A stretch of 63,939 nt of DNA, the filler included, from Globobulimina sp. (taxonomy: Eukaryota), in NCBI GenBank assembly GCA_003354225.1. It is 48 parts of 48 records of this genome, joined end to end, with 100 filler letters (N's around TTAATTAATTAA, not from the genome) between each part and the next. Parts side by side here need not be neighbours in the genome. Positions count along the whole stretch, not along the records: positions 13,351 to 14,585 come from PIVH01020417.1; positions 14,686 to 15,920 come from PIVH01020418.1; positions 16,021 to 17,255 come from PIVH01020419.1; positions 17,356 to 18,590 come from PIVH01020420.1; positions 18,691 to 19,925 come from PIVH01020421.1; positions 20,026 to 21,260 come from PIVH01020422.1; positions 21,361 to 22,594 come from PIVH01020423.1; positions 22,695 to 23,928 come from PIVH01020424.1; 40 more parts are not named here. One strand, given 5' to 3'. The notes beneath the pieces are model-generated. The model was not told the origin of the DNA. It did not search any database and saw only the letters and a program-made list of their open reading frames with translations. Within the stretch, counting starts at the first letter, position 1, and every line of letters starts with the position of its first letter. A program made the translations under genes and the position numbers. This document shows, piece by piece, positions 13,351 through 25,795 of the stretch.

Positions 13351-14585
13351 GATCAGTGACTACCGTAACTTGGTGTTGGAAAAGGTAAACACGAAATTTC
13401 TGGAAGCCAAATACCATACCTAGGCATTCGAGCTCACTGACTGTATAGTTCTTTTCATAAGGTGTAGTAGTGCGACTGACATAGGCAATGGGATGAATCT
13501 TTCCAAATTTGTCTTTTTGTGCCAAAACTGCTGCGACAGCCTCTTTAGAAGCGTCGGTTTCGACACGAAAAGGGCGAGTAAAATCAGGGTAAGCTAGGAC
13601 TGGAGCTGTAAGTAGTCTGATTTGTAAGGTTTTAAATGCTAAGTCACAGTCTTTGGTCCATTCCCAGCTTTTGTCAATTTTTAATAATTCATACATAGGA
13701 GAGGCAATTTTGGCAAAATTGTGAATATAACGACGATAATACGATGCAAAACCAAGAAATGAACGTAAACTTTTAAGATCGACAGGGACTGGCCAGTTTT
13801 TGACGGTAGCGATTTTGGCTGGGTCAGTTCGAATGCCATCGGCGCTAATTTCAAATCCCAAATATACAATTCGAGAACGAAACCAGCTACACTTTTTGGG
13901 GTTTAACTTTAGTTTAACCTCGTGTAATCGACGCAGAACTTTTTCAAGGATTTCTTTATGTTTTTCTTCACTTTCAGCCATAATCATTATGTCATCTAAA
14001 TAGTTGACAATTCGTTCATCGTCTATACCTGCTAGAACTTGTTGCATCAGTCTTTGAAATGTGGCTGGCCCGTTCTTAACTCCAAAAGGCATTCTAACAT
14101 ATTCAAAGAGGCCTTTGTGGGTGACGAAAGCTGTCTTTTCGACGCTCTCAGGGTGCATTAATTGTTGATGAAAACCTAGGGCCATATCAGTTGTAGAAAA
14201 TATTATGGGTTTTATGCGACCGACTGTGTCAATCAGATCGTCTATGCGTGGCAGAGGAAATTGATCAGATTTCGTATGCTTGTTAAGCTCACGAAAATCC
14301 ACACAGAGTCTTAAGCTTTTGTCTTTCTTAACTACTGGGACAATTGGAAAAGCCCAGGGACTATGGGATGGTCGAACTATACCTGCTGCTAATAGATTAT
14401 TAATGGATTCTTCTACTCTCGCTCTCATAGCGAAAGGAAGACGACGTAGAGGCATAGCAATAGGTTTAGTGTCCCCAGTTTCTATTTCATGCATGATGAG
14501 ATCACAATCTCCCAAATCAGTTTTGTAGAGGGAGAAATTTTCATGATGGTCTAATAGCCAGTCATATACTTTTTGTTGATGGTCA
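13351..14585 (-). mobile_element. Ty3/Gypsy LTR retrotransposon pol fragment (RT + RNase H)
   Basis: SPWAFPIV.V.KKD..LRLCVDFRELN, RMPFGVKNGPATFQR, YLDD, ETDAS, ELECLG; frame open across the contig. Confidence 0.96.
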
Positions 14586-14949
14586 NNNNNNNNNNNNNNN
14601 NNNNNNNNNNNNNNNNNNNNNNNNNNNNNTTAATTAATTAANNNNNNNNNNNNNNNNNNNNNNNNNNNNNNNNNNNNNNNNNNNNTTTTGCGTGATGTTT
14701 TTGTATGTTATTTGAAATTATGGTATACACAAAATTACACGGATTAGGTAGTTTATTTATGGATAGTGCCATATAAACAATTAGGATCATAAATAAAAAA
14801 AGAAAGGATATACAATAACACAAATATAAACAATAACACAAAAAAAGAAAGGATATACATTTCAGATTATAAAAATGCTAAATTACAATCACTCACAACT
14901 CAGTTTTCCGATATTTACCTAAATTAAATGTACTGTACACGTATTATTA

Positions 14950-15920
14950 TTATTGTTTAGTACGACCTTCAACAATAACGACAGGAACAAATAAATCAGC
15001 GGCGTCACTATCGCTACTCGTATCATCATACTCTTTTGGCAATGCATTAATACTCGCAGTTTGTTCTAAAATTGCTTCTAAAATCAATTTCCTATGCTCA
15101 TCATTTATAATTCACATTTCCTGTAAGTTATTGTCATTTAAACATTGTAGTTGTGAGTGAGTAATATTTTGTTCCACAAATAAATCGTAATATTGAGTCA
15201 AACCAATATTTGCCAACCACACTTTTAGAGTAGAATAATTATCATTAATTCCATTATGATGATTATTGTCCTTATTAAGCTGCTGTATTACATTAACATG
15301 CACAGGATCTAACTGCGATGTTTTGACTAATTCCGTAGCAATTTGTGCTTCTGCATCCTGTTTCTCCAACTTTTTTCCATACAAACATACCAATACTACC
15401 AACATAATACAACATACAAGCCCTACACCAGACATTACGCACAGTAACATAAATAAACTATTTTTAATAAAGGATCTGTTGTCATTTATAGAATCACTAT
15501 TCATTATGACTGTGGTTGATGTACTCTCATAAACCATAACGGAGTTACCTATCAATAATGTAACGGATCAACGAGATTTTGAGATTACAAATATCGAAAC
15601 ATATATAATAATGATTTAACTGTCTGTATTGAATATCGATGGAGCTTCTGTTGGGTTGGCTGATGGACCATTCGTAGTGTCATTTGTCTGATCATTTGCT
15701 GGGGTTTTTGTGGGATCATTTGTTAGATGCATTGTTGGCTGCGCTGTTGGATGCGTTGTTGGTAAAAACGTCGGTATTAAATATCTGGTGCCTGTAAGAT
15801 ATAATGATATCGAAATAGTATCAATATTCTCAGTCAAAATACCAATGGTACCGAACGAGTATGTATTAGATGTATGTGTATATAGTATGTACTGTACATC
15901 TTGTACAAAAACGGTAAATG
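14950..15920 (-). pseudogene. Type I membrane protein (PT-repeat stalk, TM, cytoplasmic SAM domain) with in-frame TGA at 15112-15114
   Basis: PTxxPT repeats; intron 15549-15620; TM; SAM WLANIGLTQYYDLF...LQEM*IINDEHRKLILEAI continues past the TGA to TAA at 14950. Confidence 0.7.
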
Positions 15921-16319
15921 NNNNNNNNNNNNNNNNNNNNNNNNNNNNNNNNNNNNNNNNNNNNTTAATTAATTAANNNNNNNNNNNNNNNNNNNNNNNN
16001 NNNNNNNNNNNNNNNNNNNNAAATTTTCCTTTTTTAGACACTTCGAATTTAGACACTGTGCGCGTGGCAGATTGAAGTAGAAATAAACTAAAATAAATTT
16101 TGTGTAGCTTGTTATATTATATTGTAAATAAATAAAAGATAATAATTCTATCTCATTATGTCTCTTATGGCAGATAAAATTATATCACAGTCTGTATTAT
16201 CCAATCCACGTTTCAGTTTTTCTAAATTTTTCATTGTAATAGTAGCATTTTGTAGTTTTGCCCAATTTTGTGTATTGCTCCATATCATATCTGTTTTTTT
16301 TTGTTTTTGCTTTATTTTT

Positions 16320-17255
16320 TCAAATCGATCGGAAAAACAAAATATGAAACAAACTTTTAATAAATTGTAGATGTTTTGGCGATGTTTTAAAATCTTTCAA
16401 TATTTGATCACTATTTTTCAATATATTTTGCATCTCATCACTTAAACACATCAAATCTTGTTCGTGCGCTTCAATTTCTTTTAATGCATTTATCAATGAA
16501 TGTTGCCGATGGATTTTATGATGAAATTGTAACTTTGGTTGAATTAAATGGAAAAAATGAATAATAGATTGTGTATTTATATTTATATTGACATTTGATA
16601 TCGAAACATTATTTTTAATGGCTAATTTAGTTAAGAATTCCTGTAAAATTGCAATTGCGGTCACAGAGTCAGCTTCAAATATTGCGGAAGCATTTGTGTA
16701 TGTAACAGTTATATAATCACCAACAAATATGGATTGCCATGATAATGATATTTCGTTTGTGTTTAATGTATGAGATGGTACGTCTGGAATACATTGGGAT
16801 AGCCATGCATTGAAAGTACGTAATGTCCAATCACCACTCATTTCGAGTCTGTTCATTGGTCTTTTTTCAATTTCAACATTATGTGCAGCAATATCATAGA
16901 TAGAAGAGTGTAATGATAACGCTTTAATTAAAAATTCACACGTTTGACATGTTTTGGGTACTCTTTTGGACGCAATAAACGCAGTTAATACGCCTTGTTC
17001 ACCTTCACATACTCGAAACTTCCACGTAAATCTTGTAATATTATCGCTTGACGAATGAAATACAAAACAATTATTCTTATTCGAATTCCATAAATTATCA
17101 TCAAATAGTTCCATATTTTTATGTTGTGTTTGCAATCCAAAATATTGATCGATATCTAATGATACAATTTCTACACAACTCTGTATGGCAACAAAATCAA
17201 TTCCAATTCCAATCTCTAATCGCAACAAATATGCACCTTCGCCTTCTAATAATTT
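16320..17255 (-). CDS. BBS7: Bardet-Biedl syndrome 7 (BBSome) C-terminal region
   Basis: PKTCQ...IKALSLH, RPMNRLEMSG, CIPDVP, LIQPKLQF, LINALKEIEAHE, PKHL, all recalled BBS7 motifs. Confidence 0.88.
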   Translation of the reverse strand, partial: KLLEGEGAYLLRLEIGIGIDFVAIQSCVEIVSLDIDQYFGLQTQHKNMELFDDNLWNSNKNNCFVFHSSSDNITRFTWKFRVCEGEQGVLTAFIASKRVPKTCQTCEFLIKALSLHSSIYDIAAHNVEIEKRPMNRLEMSGDWTLRTFNAWLSQCIPDVPSHTLNTNEISLSWQSIFVGDYITVTYTNASAIFEADSVTAIAILQEFLTKLAIKNNVSISNVNININTQSIIHFFHLIQPKLQFHHKIHRQHSLINALKEIEAHEQDLMCLSDEMQNILKNSDQILKDFKTSPKHLQFIKSLFHILFFRSI

Positions 17256-17419
17256 NNNNNNNNNNNNNNNNNNNNNNNNNNNNNNNNNNNNNNNNNNNNT
17301 TAATTAATTAANNNNNNNNNNNNNNNNNNNNNNNNNNNNNNNNNNNNNNNNNNNNGATGCCAAATACCAATATGTTATCTTCAAGTTATCTTCAGGTAGT
17401 TGTTGTTGTGTACTTAAGA

Positions 17420-17890
17420 TTATTGTTTTATCGGTGTTTTATGATTATGGAGTCAACAAATTATAGCATTGGATAAATGGATTCAACAGAACACGATGTT
17501 ATCAAAAATATTACTCAATTCAGTACAAATGATTTACGAAATTATACGAGGTGTCAGTACTAGTTTATTATACGAGGTGTCAGCACGAGACGCATTTGGG
17601 TTAATAGGAGATGATACATACTTTTATTTTCGTCCAGACAGCTCGTATGATCCATAAAGTTGACCAAGCGGATAAACAATAACCATTCTGTTTATTTTCG
17701 TACTGACACCTCGTATAATTTCGTAAATCATTTGTACTGAATTGAGTAATATTTTTGATAAAATCCATTTTAAAATTTTGATGGTATTTATATAATTAAG
17801 CGAATGGGCTTCATCGTGTTCTGTTGAATCCATTTATCCAATGCTATAAGTTGTCCACTCCATAATCATAAAACACCGAGGAAACAATAA
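17420..17890. repeat. Imperfect long inverted repeat (arms ~17420-17560 and ~17700-17890)
   Basis: Arms are reverse complements with scattered substitutions and an indel of about 50 bp. Confidence 0.85.
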
Positions 17891-17992
17891 TACTACATAA
17901 CTACCTTAAGAGGTGTTGAATGGAGCTGTTCAGTATCTGTTGAAGGTGAAAAAAACTTTGCTCGAGTTCTACACTAACTAGCCTTTGACACC

Positions 17993-18590
17993 ATGTCGTA
18001 TCTGTTGCTGTTCGCTGTAACATTCTATAGTATTAATGGTCAATATACAAGTCCACCAACACCATGTGATCCTTTATGCCCTGATGTCTGGTATATAAAT
18101 TCATGCATTATGTACATATAAAATTATGTAAAGCTGTAAACATTGTATATACATATATTTAGTTCATATCCCTTCCCAAATGATTATTGGTTAATAAAGG
18201 ATTCTGACAACAAAGCACTAAATTTAAATTTCTCATATCTAAATTTTCCAATAGCAGATTTACCAATACCCGGACAAACAATAAATCCATATAACTGGAA
18301 TAAATTAGATGGCTTTTCGCCAATACCGTCCATATTAACATACTGGGCAGATATTGACTTATCACTGTCAAATTGTGCCCCATTATGGAACATATCCCAA
18401 TCAAATAATGATAACTCGCCAATCATTGTTTTAGATGCCGCCACAAACAAAAGAATTGCACATTGGGTGGAATTGGATCATTCATCAGATACTGAATTCG
18501 CTGAAACAAAGAATAAAACATTAATGATATGGCCATATCATAGATTACAAGATGGTGGTAACTATATAGTAGCAATCAGATATTTAAAGG
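17993..18590 (+). CDS. Secreted protein of a bacterial-type family (CDP...C..PFPND; N.LDGFSP), 3' truncated
   Basis: ATG 17993, signal peptide; intron 18091-18162 restores CDPLCPDVCSYPFPNDYW; WNKLDGFSP, HWVELD, YIVAIR. Confidence 0.7.
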
Positions 18591-18708
18591 NNNNNNNNNN
18601 NNNNNNNNNNNNNNNNNNNNNNNNNNNNNNNNNNTTAATTAATTAANNNNNNNNNNNNNNNNNNNNNNNNNNNNNNNNNNNNNNNNNNNNTGTTTGTTTG
18701 TTTGTTTG

Positions 18709-19216
18709 TTATCTCCTGAGTTTAGATACAAGCGGTCCAATGAAGGGAATCCATTCAATTATCCAAAAAAAGGCAGGAAAGAAATTTTTGAATAAATTAA
18801 TAATTCCAAAAAATTCAATTATTATTCCAATTCTTGCCCATCCAGTCAACACTAAATATATTCCGAGAAAAAATGATATAGTTCCTGGCAATTTGGATCT
18901 ACTTAAAAATAATGATGTTATATTTTTTGGTCCCATTGTTATTACCAATCCAACAAATACTTCTATCTGTAATTGATGTGCAAAACAACATTGCAATGAT
19001 TATTGATTACATCACTGATAACTGTAAATACATACATTACCCAGAGCCAATAATGCTGCATCAAAAAATAAAGCAACACCGAGCGATAAAAATAAAACAC
19101 CAAATGAAGTTATTATCAATCCAACCTCTATATACATATAATTATCATATCTACACTGTAAATATACATCAGATGAGATCAAAACTTGTGTTTTCAGACA
19201 CGAAATAGTTAAGCAT
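18709..19216 (-). CDS. GOT1: Got1/GOLT1 vesicle transport protein, 3 exons
   Basis: Spliced MLNYFVSENTK-VGLIITSFGVLFLSLGVALFFDAALLALGN-IEVFVGL...FFLGIYLVLTGW..IG.IIEFFG..NLF..FFP...IPFIGP. Confidence 0.88.
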
Positions 19217-20170
19217 GATACTGTGTGTTTTCAGATAGAAACAGTCAAAGAAAGTCCAGTGCAAGGATACTAATTACTAAATAACATCTTTTAATGTTGC
19301 GGCAGTTGAGTAAAATATTTGCCTCACACAGATATTTCTGGAAACTATCGCTTGGTACTAATATTTCGAGTTATGCCCTATCACCCACTTGCTGTGTTTT
19401 ATATATACAGACTGCGCAGAAGAAAATTTATGAAAAAATTTAGTCCCAAACAAACAAAACAACAAAAAAAAACAAACAAAAAGGTCACCCTCACAAACAA
19501 TAATAATAATAATAGTATCCTGAGCAAAACAATAACACAAATAAATTTTTAAACCCTTAATTTTTACTCTGGTGTTTGCGTAGTATTTGAGAGGTTGTAC
19601 AACTGCAACATATACGGCACATATCCACCGGATATATCCTTATTAGCACACATCGTTTTGATTAATAGCGGATTATTCGAGATAGACAAACCACATTCCT
19701 TTCCCAATTCACATATTATGTTTTTCCTTTTATGACATTGATAAAATTGTGATTCGGAGCACTCAACATTTTGAACCAAACCTCCAGGCTCATCAATGTT
19801 AGATATCGCATCATGACTTATTTTTAAAAGCGTTGCTGTTTATCTGTGCGAAATCTTTATAATACATTCACTTTAACTTATTTTATGAAGAATATTGCAG
19901 TCATTTTTGATATGGATGGTGTCAANNNNNNNNNNNNNNNNNNNNNNNNNNNNNNNNNNNNNNNNNNNNTTAATTAATTAANNNNNNNNNNNNNNNNNNN
20001 NNNNNNNNNNNNNNNNNNNNNNNNNTTTGGTTTTTTCTGTCAATAACAAAGATAACATCGCAACCAATTACAATTATTTTCTTCAACATATTTTCCATTT
20101 GTCGCAAAACAATATCGTATGACGCATAAGCTTGTTCAACAAAATAATGTTTATTTTCCACATATCCATT

Positions 20171-21260
20171 TTATGTTAAGTGTCGTTGAAATGTATAGGT
20201 GTTATAATTAGATATTTCTTCGTGAATATTTGCATCCGCATTATCCAATGGCAACATCTTTTCATTAAATTCATATTCTTCATCACTTTCCATTCTCCAT
20301 TCTACTTTTGTTGAATCCCCTGATACTGTGCTCCAATTATCGTAAGTTAACTCTATTTGCTGTTGAGCTGTTCCCTGACTATATATCGAAGGTGATGCTG
20401 CCACAAAGTGATATTGTTTTTGTTTTTGTTCTTCCAAACAACACGAAAGTTCAGACACTGAAACAGAATTATTCTCCATACTTGAACCATCATCAAAAAT
20501 CTCATAATATCCATCAAGACTACCACCGTGGGACGAGGTTAAATCATCATTAATATCGAATATTGATAATTCCTTAAAATTTGGTGATCTTCTCAATGAG
20601 CGTTTGGATCCTGTGTTTATATTTTCTTGTACCACTGAGACAATATGCAAACGAGCAAAATCTAATGTAACATGACAAATATAATCAGCTGGTAATGCTT
20701 TAAATCGTCCTTCGGTCAAATAAAACTCGAAATCTCTATTTGACGAGTTTGACCACCGACTTTTGATCTCTTCGTCAATTTGTTTTGATACGGTTGGATC
20801 AAAGGTAACCCATCTTTTATGGCGTTGATCCATCCAACTCCAATTACTGACATTCAACATTGATATGTCAATGTCATGCCTTTCTGAAACAATGCCACCA
20901 AATGCATCACCATACAACTCAATATCGCATGTTGATGTTAGTAATAAATCTTTACTATCAATATAAAGGCACTTTGTTAATAACCTAAACTGTGAAAAAT
21001 ATTGTGTTGCCTGCACTGGATATTTATAAGCACATGATTTGATATTATTTGTTTTAATAATATGAACTTGATCCATATTAAAAACAACTCTTTCAGCAGC
21101 TCCTGCACGAGGAACATATATTGAATCATATCCCATTCGTTGCAAGATTTTGAAAGTATATTTGCCGACTGATGCATTCTTTACATTCGTTGCTTTACCA
21201 ACGAATACTTTCGCTGTTATCAACACCCCATATCCTTTCGATTTATTCCCTGCCTCTTTA
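20171..21260 (-). CDS. PARP-like ADP-ribosyltransferase fold (C-terminal part) plus WWE domain
   Basis: AKVFVGK...GYDSIYVPRAGAAERVVFNMDQV (ART catalytic Glu strand); WSWMD...WVTFDPTVSKQID...QENINTGSKRSLRR (WWE). Confidence 0.7.
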
Positions 21261-21360
21261 NNNNNNNNNNNNNNNNNNNNNNNNNNNNNNNNNNNNNNNN
21301 NNNNTTAATTAATTAANNNNNNNNNNNNNNNNNNNNNNNNNNNNNNNNNNNNNNNNNNNN

Positions 21361-22327
21361 ATTGCATTATTTGCCAATGGTTGTTTTTTTCATTATTTTC
21401 TGGTTTAATTTTGTGTGTAGACGACAAGGTTATGCCATAGCACAATGGCAAATCTCCATTAGGAATCCAGCAAATCCAAACCATGAGATCCCAATCCATA
21501 TGTTATCACCAATTGCAACTGAGACAGACACGAATACATTTGGATTGTTCTTGTATATGCATGGCGATCCATGTGAATGGTGGTGGTATGAATATCTCGC
21601 ACTATATATTGTTCCCAATGGATATGTCGCCGGCTTGATGGCATCGTATGAACCGGCTGGACCATCACAAGGAATGTCTGTTGATATGCGATATTCATTG
21701 GATTATATATACAATCAATCAATCACAAATTCATCATTTTTATTATATAATAAATTAAATTATAAAGCAGTGGCTGCGGGACATTCAGCGGGTTCTGATG
21801 CATCTTTATTAACAATGGGCTCATTCACTCAATCGTTTACGTATCAGTTTGATGGTATATTTGCCGAAGCAGCTTTCGATAATATCGGTGTACGAAGAGC
21901 TATTAAAGAGAGTACATCGAAGCCGAAAGTGTTTTTGTTGTCTGGTTCAAGCGATTGTATGTGTCCTCCAAACGGAGCAGTGCCAATTTATGGAGAATTA
22001 ACTGATGATGTATGTAATTGTAAATATTTTTCAATTATTACAAATGGAACACATTGTCATTTTGCAGATATTTATGTGATTGATCATGTTTGTTATTTAG
22101 TTGAAGAATCGACATGTTCTGCGAATCAAAAGGATCGTACGATTGTGGCAAGACAGGTTCAATTGGATTTAAGTAAGAATTATTTACTGCAATTTATGAA
22201 CGCAGTGACTAGAGATGAAGATGGTTCTGAACAGCAACAGAATGATTTTGATGCATTGCATCAATATATGGCGGCTCAGGGACAAGCTGGATATATGATG
22301 AATATATCATATAATTGTAAAGTTTAA
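21361..22327 (+). CDS. Secreted alpha/beta hydrolase, chlorophyllase-like
   Basis: YMHG, GHSAG nucleophile elbow, SSDCMCP acid, GTHCHF His; hydrophobic N-terminus. Confidence 0.75.
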
Positions 22328-22694
22328 AAACTATAAATCTGTTGTTTTAGCTTAGAGTGGTTTAAAAAAGTCTTTTTCATCAACAGCACTCATCAAAAAC
22401 ACTCATCTTTGAAACACTCTGATCTGACAAAGCAAACAAATATGTTGATTTACGCAAATCCTCAGACTCAGACTCAGACTCATGATCATAATGAGAAAAC
22501 AATAAATAACAGTTGCAATACAACCAGCTATAAATATATGACCACCAAACTGATTGGCCCGGGCGCATTCGGTGAGATTTGGAATGTGATCATGNNNNNN
22601 NNNNNNNNNNNNNNNNNNNNNNNNNNNNNNNNNNNNNNTTAATTAATTAANNNNNNNNNNNNNNNNNNNNNNNNNNNNNNNNNNNNNNNNNNNN

Positions 22695-23928
22695 CCACAA
22701 TTATTGCAACAACAACAGATGATAATAACAATAATTTATTAGCGGAATATAATGAATATAGTAAGAAAGATCGGCACCGATATAGAAATCGTGTATTATT
22801 GGATTGGAATGGCGAGCAATATAAAAATAGGAATGGATACACATCAGATTCAGTGCTTATTTTGACGGATGAATCCAGCATAAATGCTGAGAACATAAAT
22901 GATAAATCGTTTTTTGTTCCATTTGATATTTTTAGTAAATTACGAATGTATTGTCAACATAGTTTAGGTTTATTGGTTAAAAAAATCACAAATTCAAACA
23001 ATAATTATTTCACTTTATTTTGGAACAAGTTGTTACCCAAAGATATAACCTCTGCAATATCAACGCGGCCTTTTTATGGTTGCAATATATTTACGATTTT
23101 ATTGTACGATCCACATCCAAGGGTACGCAACGCCGCTTGTTTGACATTGTATAATTTATTAGAAATATGTGCCACAAAAATAAATAATTTAGTATCAAAG
23201 TCAAAATCGAATAAAAGCAGCAATATTTACGGTATTACCACTATCTCAGACCGAGCAAATCAAACATTATTAGCCATGCACAAAGGTTTATTGTTTGGAA
23301 TCGAAGAAAAGGAAACAATGACAACACCAAGAACCCAAATAATAAAATGTTTAATATTGCTAATAAATATTACAGATTATAATAATATGATATCTGAGTC
23401 TGACAATAAGACAAAGAGCAATATATTATTAGATATAATATCAATCATTTTAAAAGATATTTGTATTCCAAATGGATTATATAAATCTGCAGTGATTACC
23501 TTGTTATCATCAATATTTTGTGTCAATTATTCATTTAATGAGGAGGAAGAGAAGCGATTAGAGATGTTAATAAATAATATAATGCCAATGTTATTGCAAG
23601 AAATAAAGAAATGCAGTGGTCCTAATCCATCATCGTGTGATCCACGATCAATTTTGGTTTCTTTAGCCAAAAATTATCGAAAATACTTATCTTTTTGGTG
23701 GAATAAAGGATTAAAAGATGTCATCCACACTGGCTTCAATCCAATGCAACATTACACCATCATCTTAGAGACAATTAAATTGATAAATGCATGGATATCG
23801 ATCATAACCAACAACAGAAACAGCAACAGCAACAACGATAAGTCTAAGTTTAATTTCTTTAATTTGCCCAATGCTGCAAAAGCTTTATCGTTTTGGTTGG
23901 ATGAATTATTAAAACATTTAAATATTAT
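22695..23928 (+). CDS. HEATR6: HEAT repeat-containing protein 6-like (DUF4042 region), partial
   Basis: FWNKLLP...TILLYDPHPRVRNAAC..L..LLE...MHKGLL...TQIIKCLILLINITDY. Confidence 0.75.
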
Positions 23929-24332
23929 NNNNNNNNNNNNNNNNNNNNNNNNNNNNNNNNNNNNNNNNNNNNTTAATTAATTAANNNNNNNNNNNNNNNN
24001 NNNNNNNNNNNNNNNNNNNNNNNNNNNNATCTAATAAATATAAACTTCAATTCGGTTCGCTATGCGAAATATAAACTGTTCCATTTTCCAAATGATATAT
24101 CATTTGGAATTGTGAATAGTCTCACCGGGATGTTTAAGCAATCGGTGAGTATGGAGCCTGACATTGATCCAGGCTGAATGTTTGTCCACTACTACTATAT
24201 AAAAGTGTTTCCAACTCATGTACCAATGTTGTCAGATTAAACAAAATTGCACAGCAAACTTTGACAATTCAATTGTATCTAAAACGTGCATAACCAAAAA
24301 AAGAGAGTGTATTTTACAAATTAAAAGCAATG

Positions 24333-25262
24333 TTAGTATAATTTTCTACGATATTTCCTTACTACGGCAGCTTTGATTGGTTTCCGTCTCCTTACCACCG
24401 CACCTCTCATTCCTTTTGCTTTTGCTTTTGTTGCAGTTTTCAATCTTTTAACAATACGTTTATATTTTTTCCTATTATTTTTTTCAACCACTTTCCCAAT
24501 TTTTTTAACTTTTTTAACACCCACTTTCATCTTCTTCTTCTTCTTCAACATTGGCCTTGTAATTGGTGTTGGATGTGGCCGCGGATAACATTTATATTTT
24601 GCGTCATCAATCCATTCTAAAAATTGACATAAACATAATCGATGATCCCACATTGATAAACATTTACGTTTAATGATACGGCCACTCACTGTCTTCACTC
24701 TATCCACTGAATCCCAATTCGAATCTAAATCCCATAAAGAATCTAAATCTGAGGTCGACAAACCACTCACTATCCAATCCTCATCATCTCCCATATCATG
24801 CCAATGTGCCTTCTGTCCTTCTGACACTGCACCGGATACATCCTCATATTCTTCATATATATCATCATCATATAAATAATCATCATCATAATACTCATCA
24901 TCGCCATACATATCATCGTAATATTCATCATTATATTCTTCATCATATTGATCATAATAATCATCACCATCAATATCATCATAATATTCATCATCGTTAT
25001 ATTCATCCTCATAATATTCATCATATTCATCCTCATCCATATCATAATATTCATTGTCATCATCATCATATTGCTCCTCATCTTCACCATAATATCCATC
25101 CTCCAATGCATCATAATATCCACGCATAGCAGCAGCAGCCGCTCTATATTTTCCTTTTCTAAGTTCCGATTCTATTTTTTCCTTAACCGCCTCCACCGCC
25201 TTTTTTTTATTTTACTTTTCTCCCTCTCGCTCTTCGCCTCTTTCTTCATGGCCTTCTGCACC
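24333..25262 (-). CDS. Low-complexity protein with a Tyr/Asp/Glu-rich block, a small Cys/Trp module and a Lys/Arg-rich tail
   Basis: At least 287 open codons; DDEYY-type repeats, four Cys, strongly basic C-terminus. Confidence 0.7.
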
Positions 25263-25795
25263 NNNNNNNNNNNNNNNNNNNNNNNNNNNNNNNNNNNNNN
25301 NNNNNNTTAATTAATTAANNNNNNNNNNNNNNNNNNNNNNNNNNNNNNNNNNNNNNNNNNNNCCCTCTGATTTCCCAAATGCAACATCAACACAATCCTT
25401 TACAGTGTCAAATCCAAAGGTTGATGAAAGTGTAATTGATGGTGAGACTGGTTTGCCTAATTTTGTCCTACGAATACTGCATTTTCTCGTGTTCATTAAC
25501 GCAGATACTGCTGATGCTGATGCTGATGCATATGGATGATATATGTAATTGGATTTGGAGAGCATCTTTGAAAAAACTTTGGGTTTACTAAACATGGCGA
25601 ATGTAACAGTTATTCCATTTGATGTTGGTGATGTTGTGCAAGTATTATTATGCAACTATGAGTCTGTGGAAATTCATGTCATGGAATATATAAATGCAGA
25701 AACGAATTCAATTAGAATAAGCATTTAATTTTAAATGTTGAATAAATCGCTATCATATTCTCGAGCTACAAACACAAAGCGTAAAAATAATCATT

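Noticed and set aside
24770..25310. Met-rich, His-rich and Ile-rich ORFs
   Set aside because: Alternative frames of the GAT/TAT low-complexity repeat
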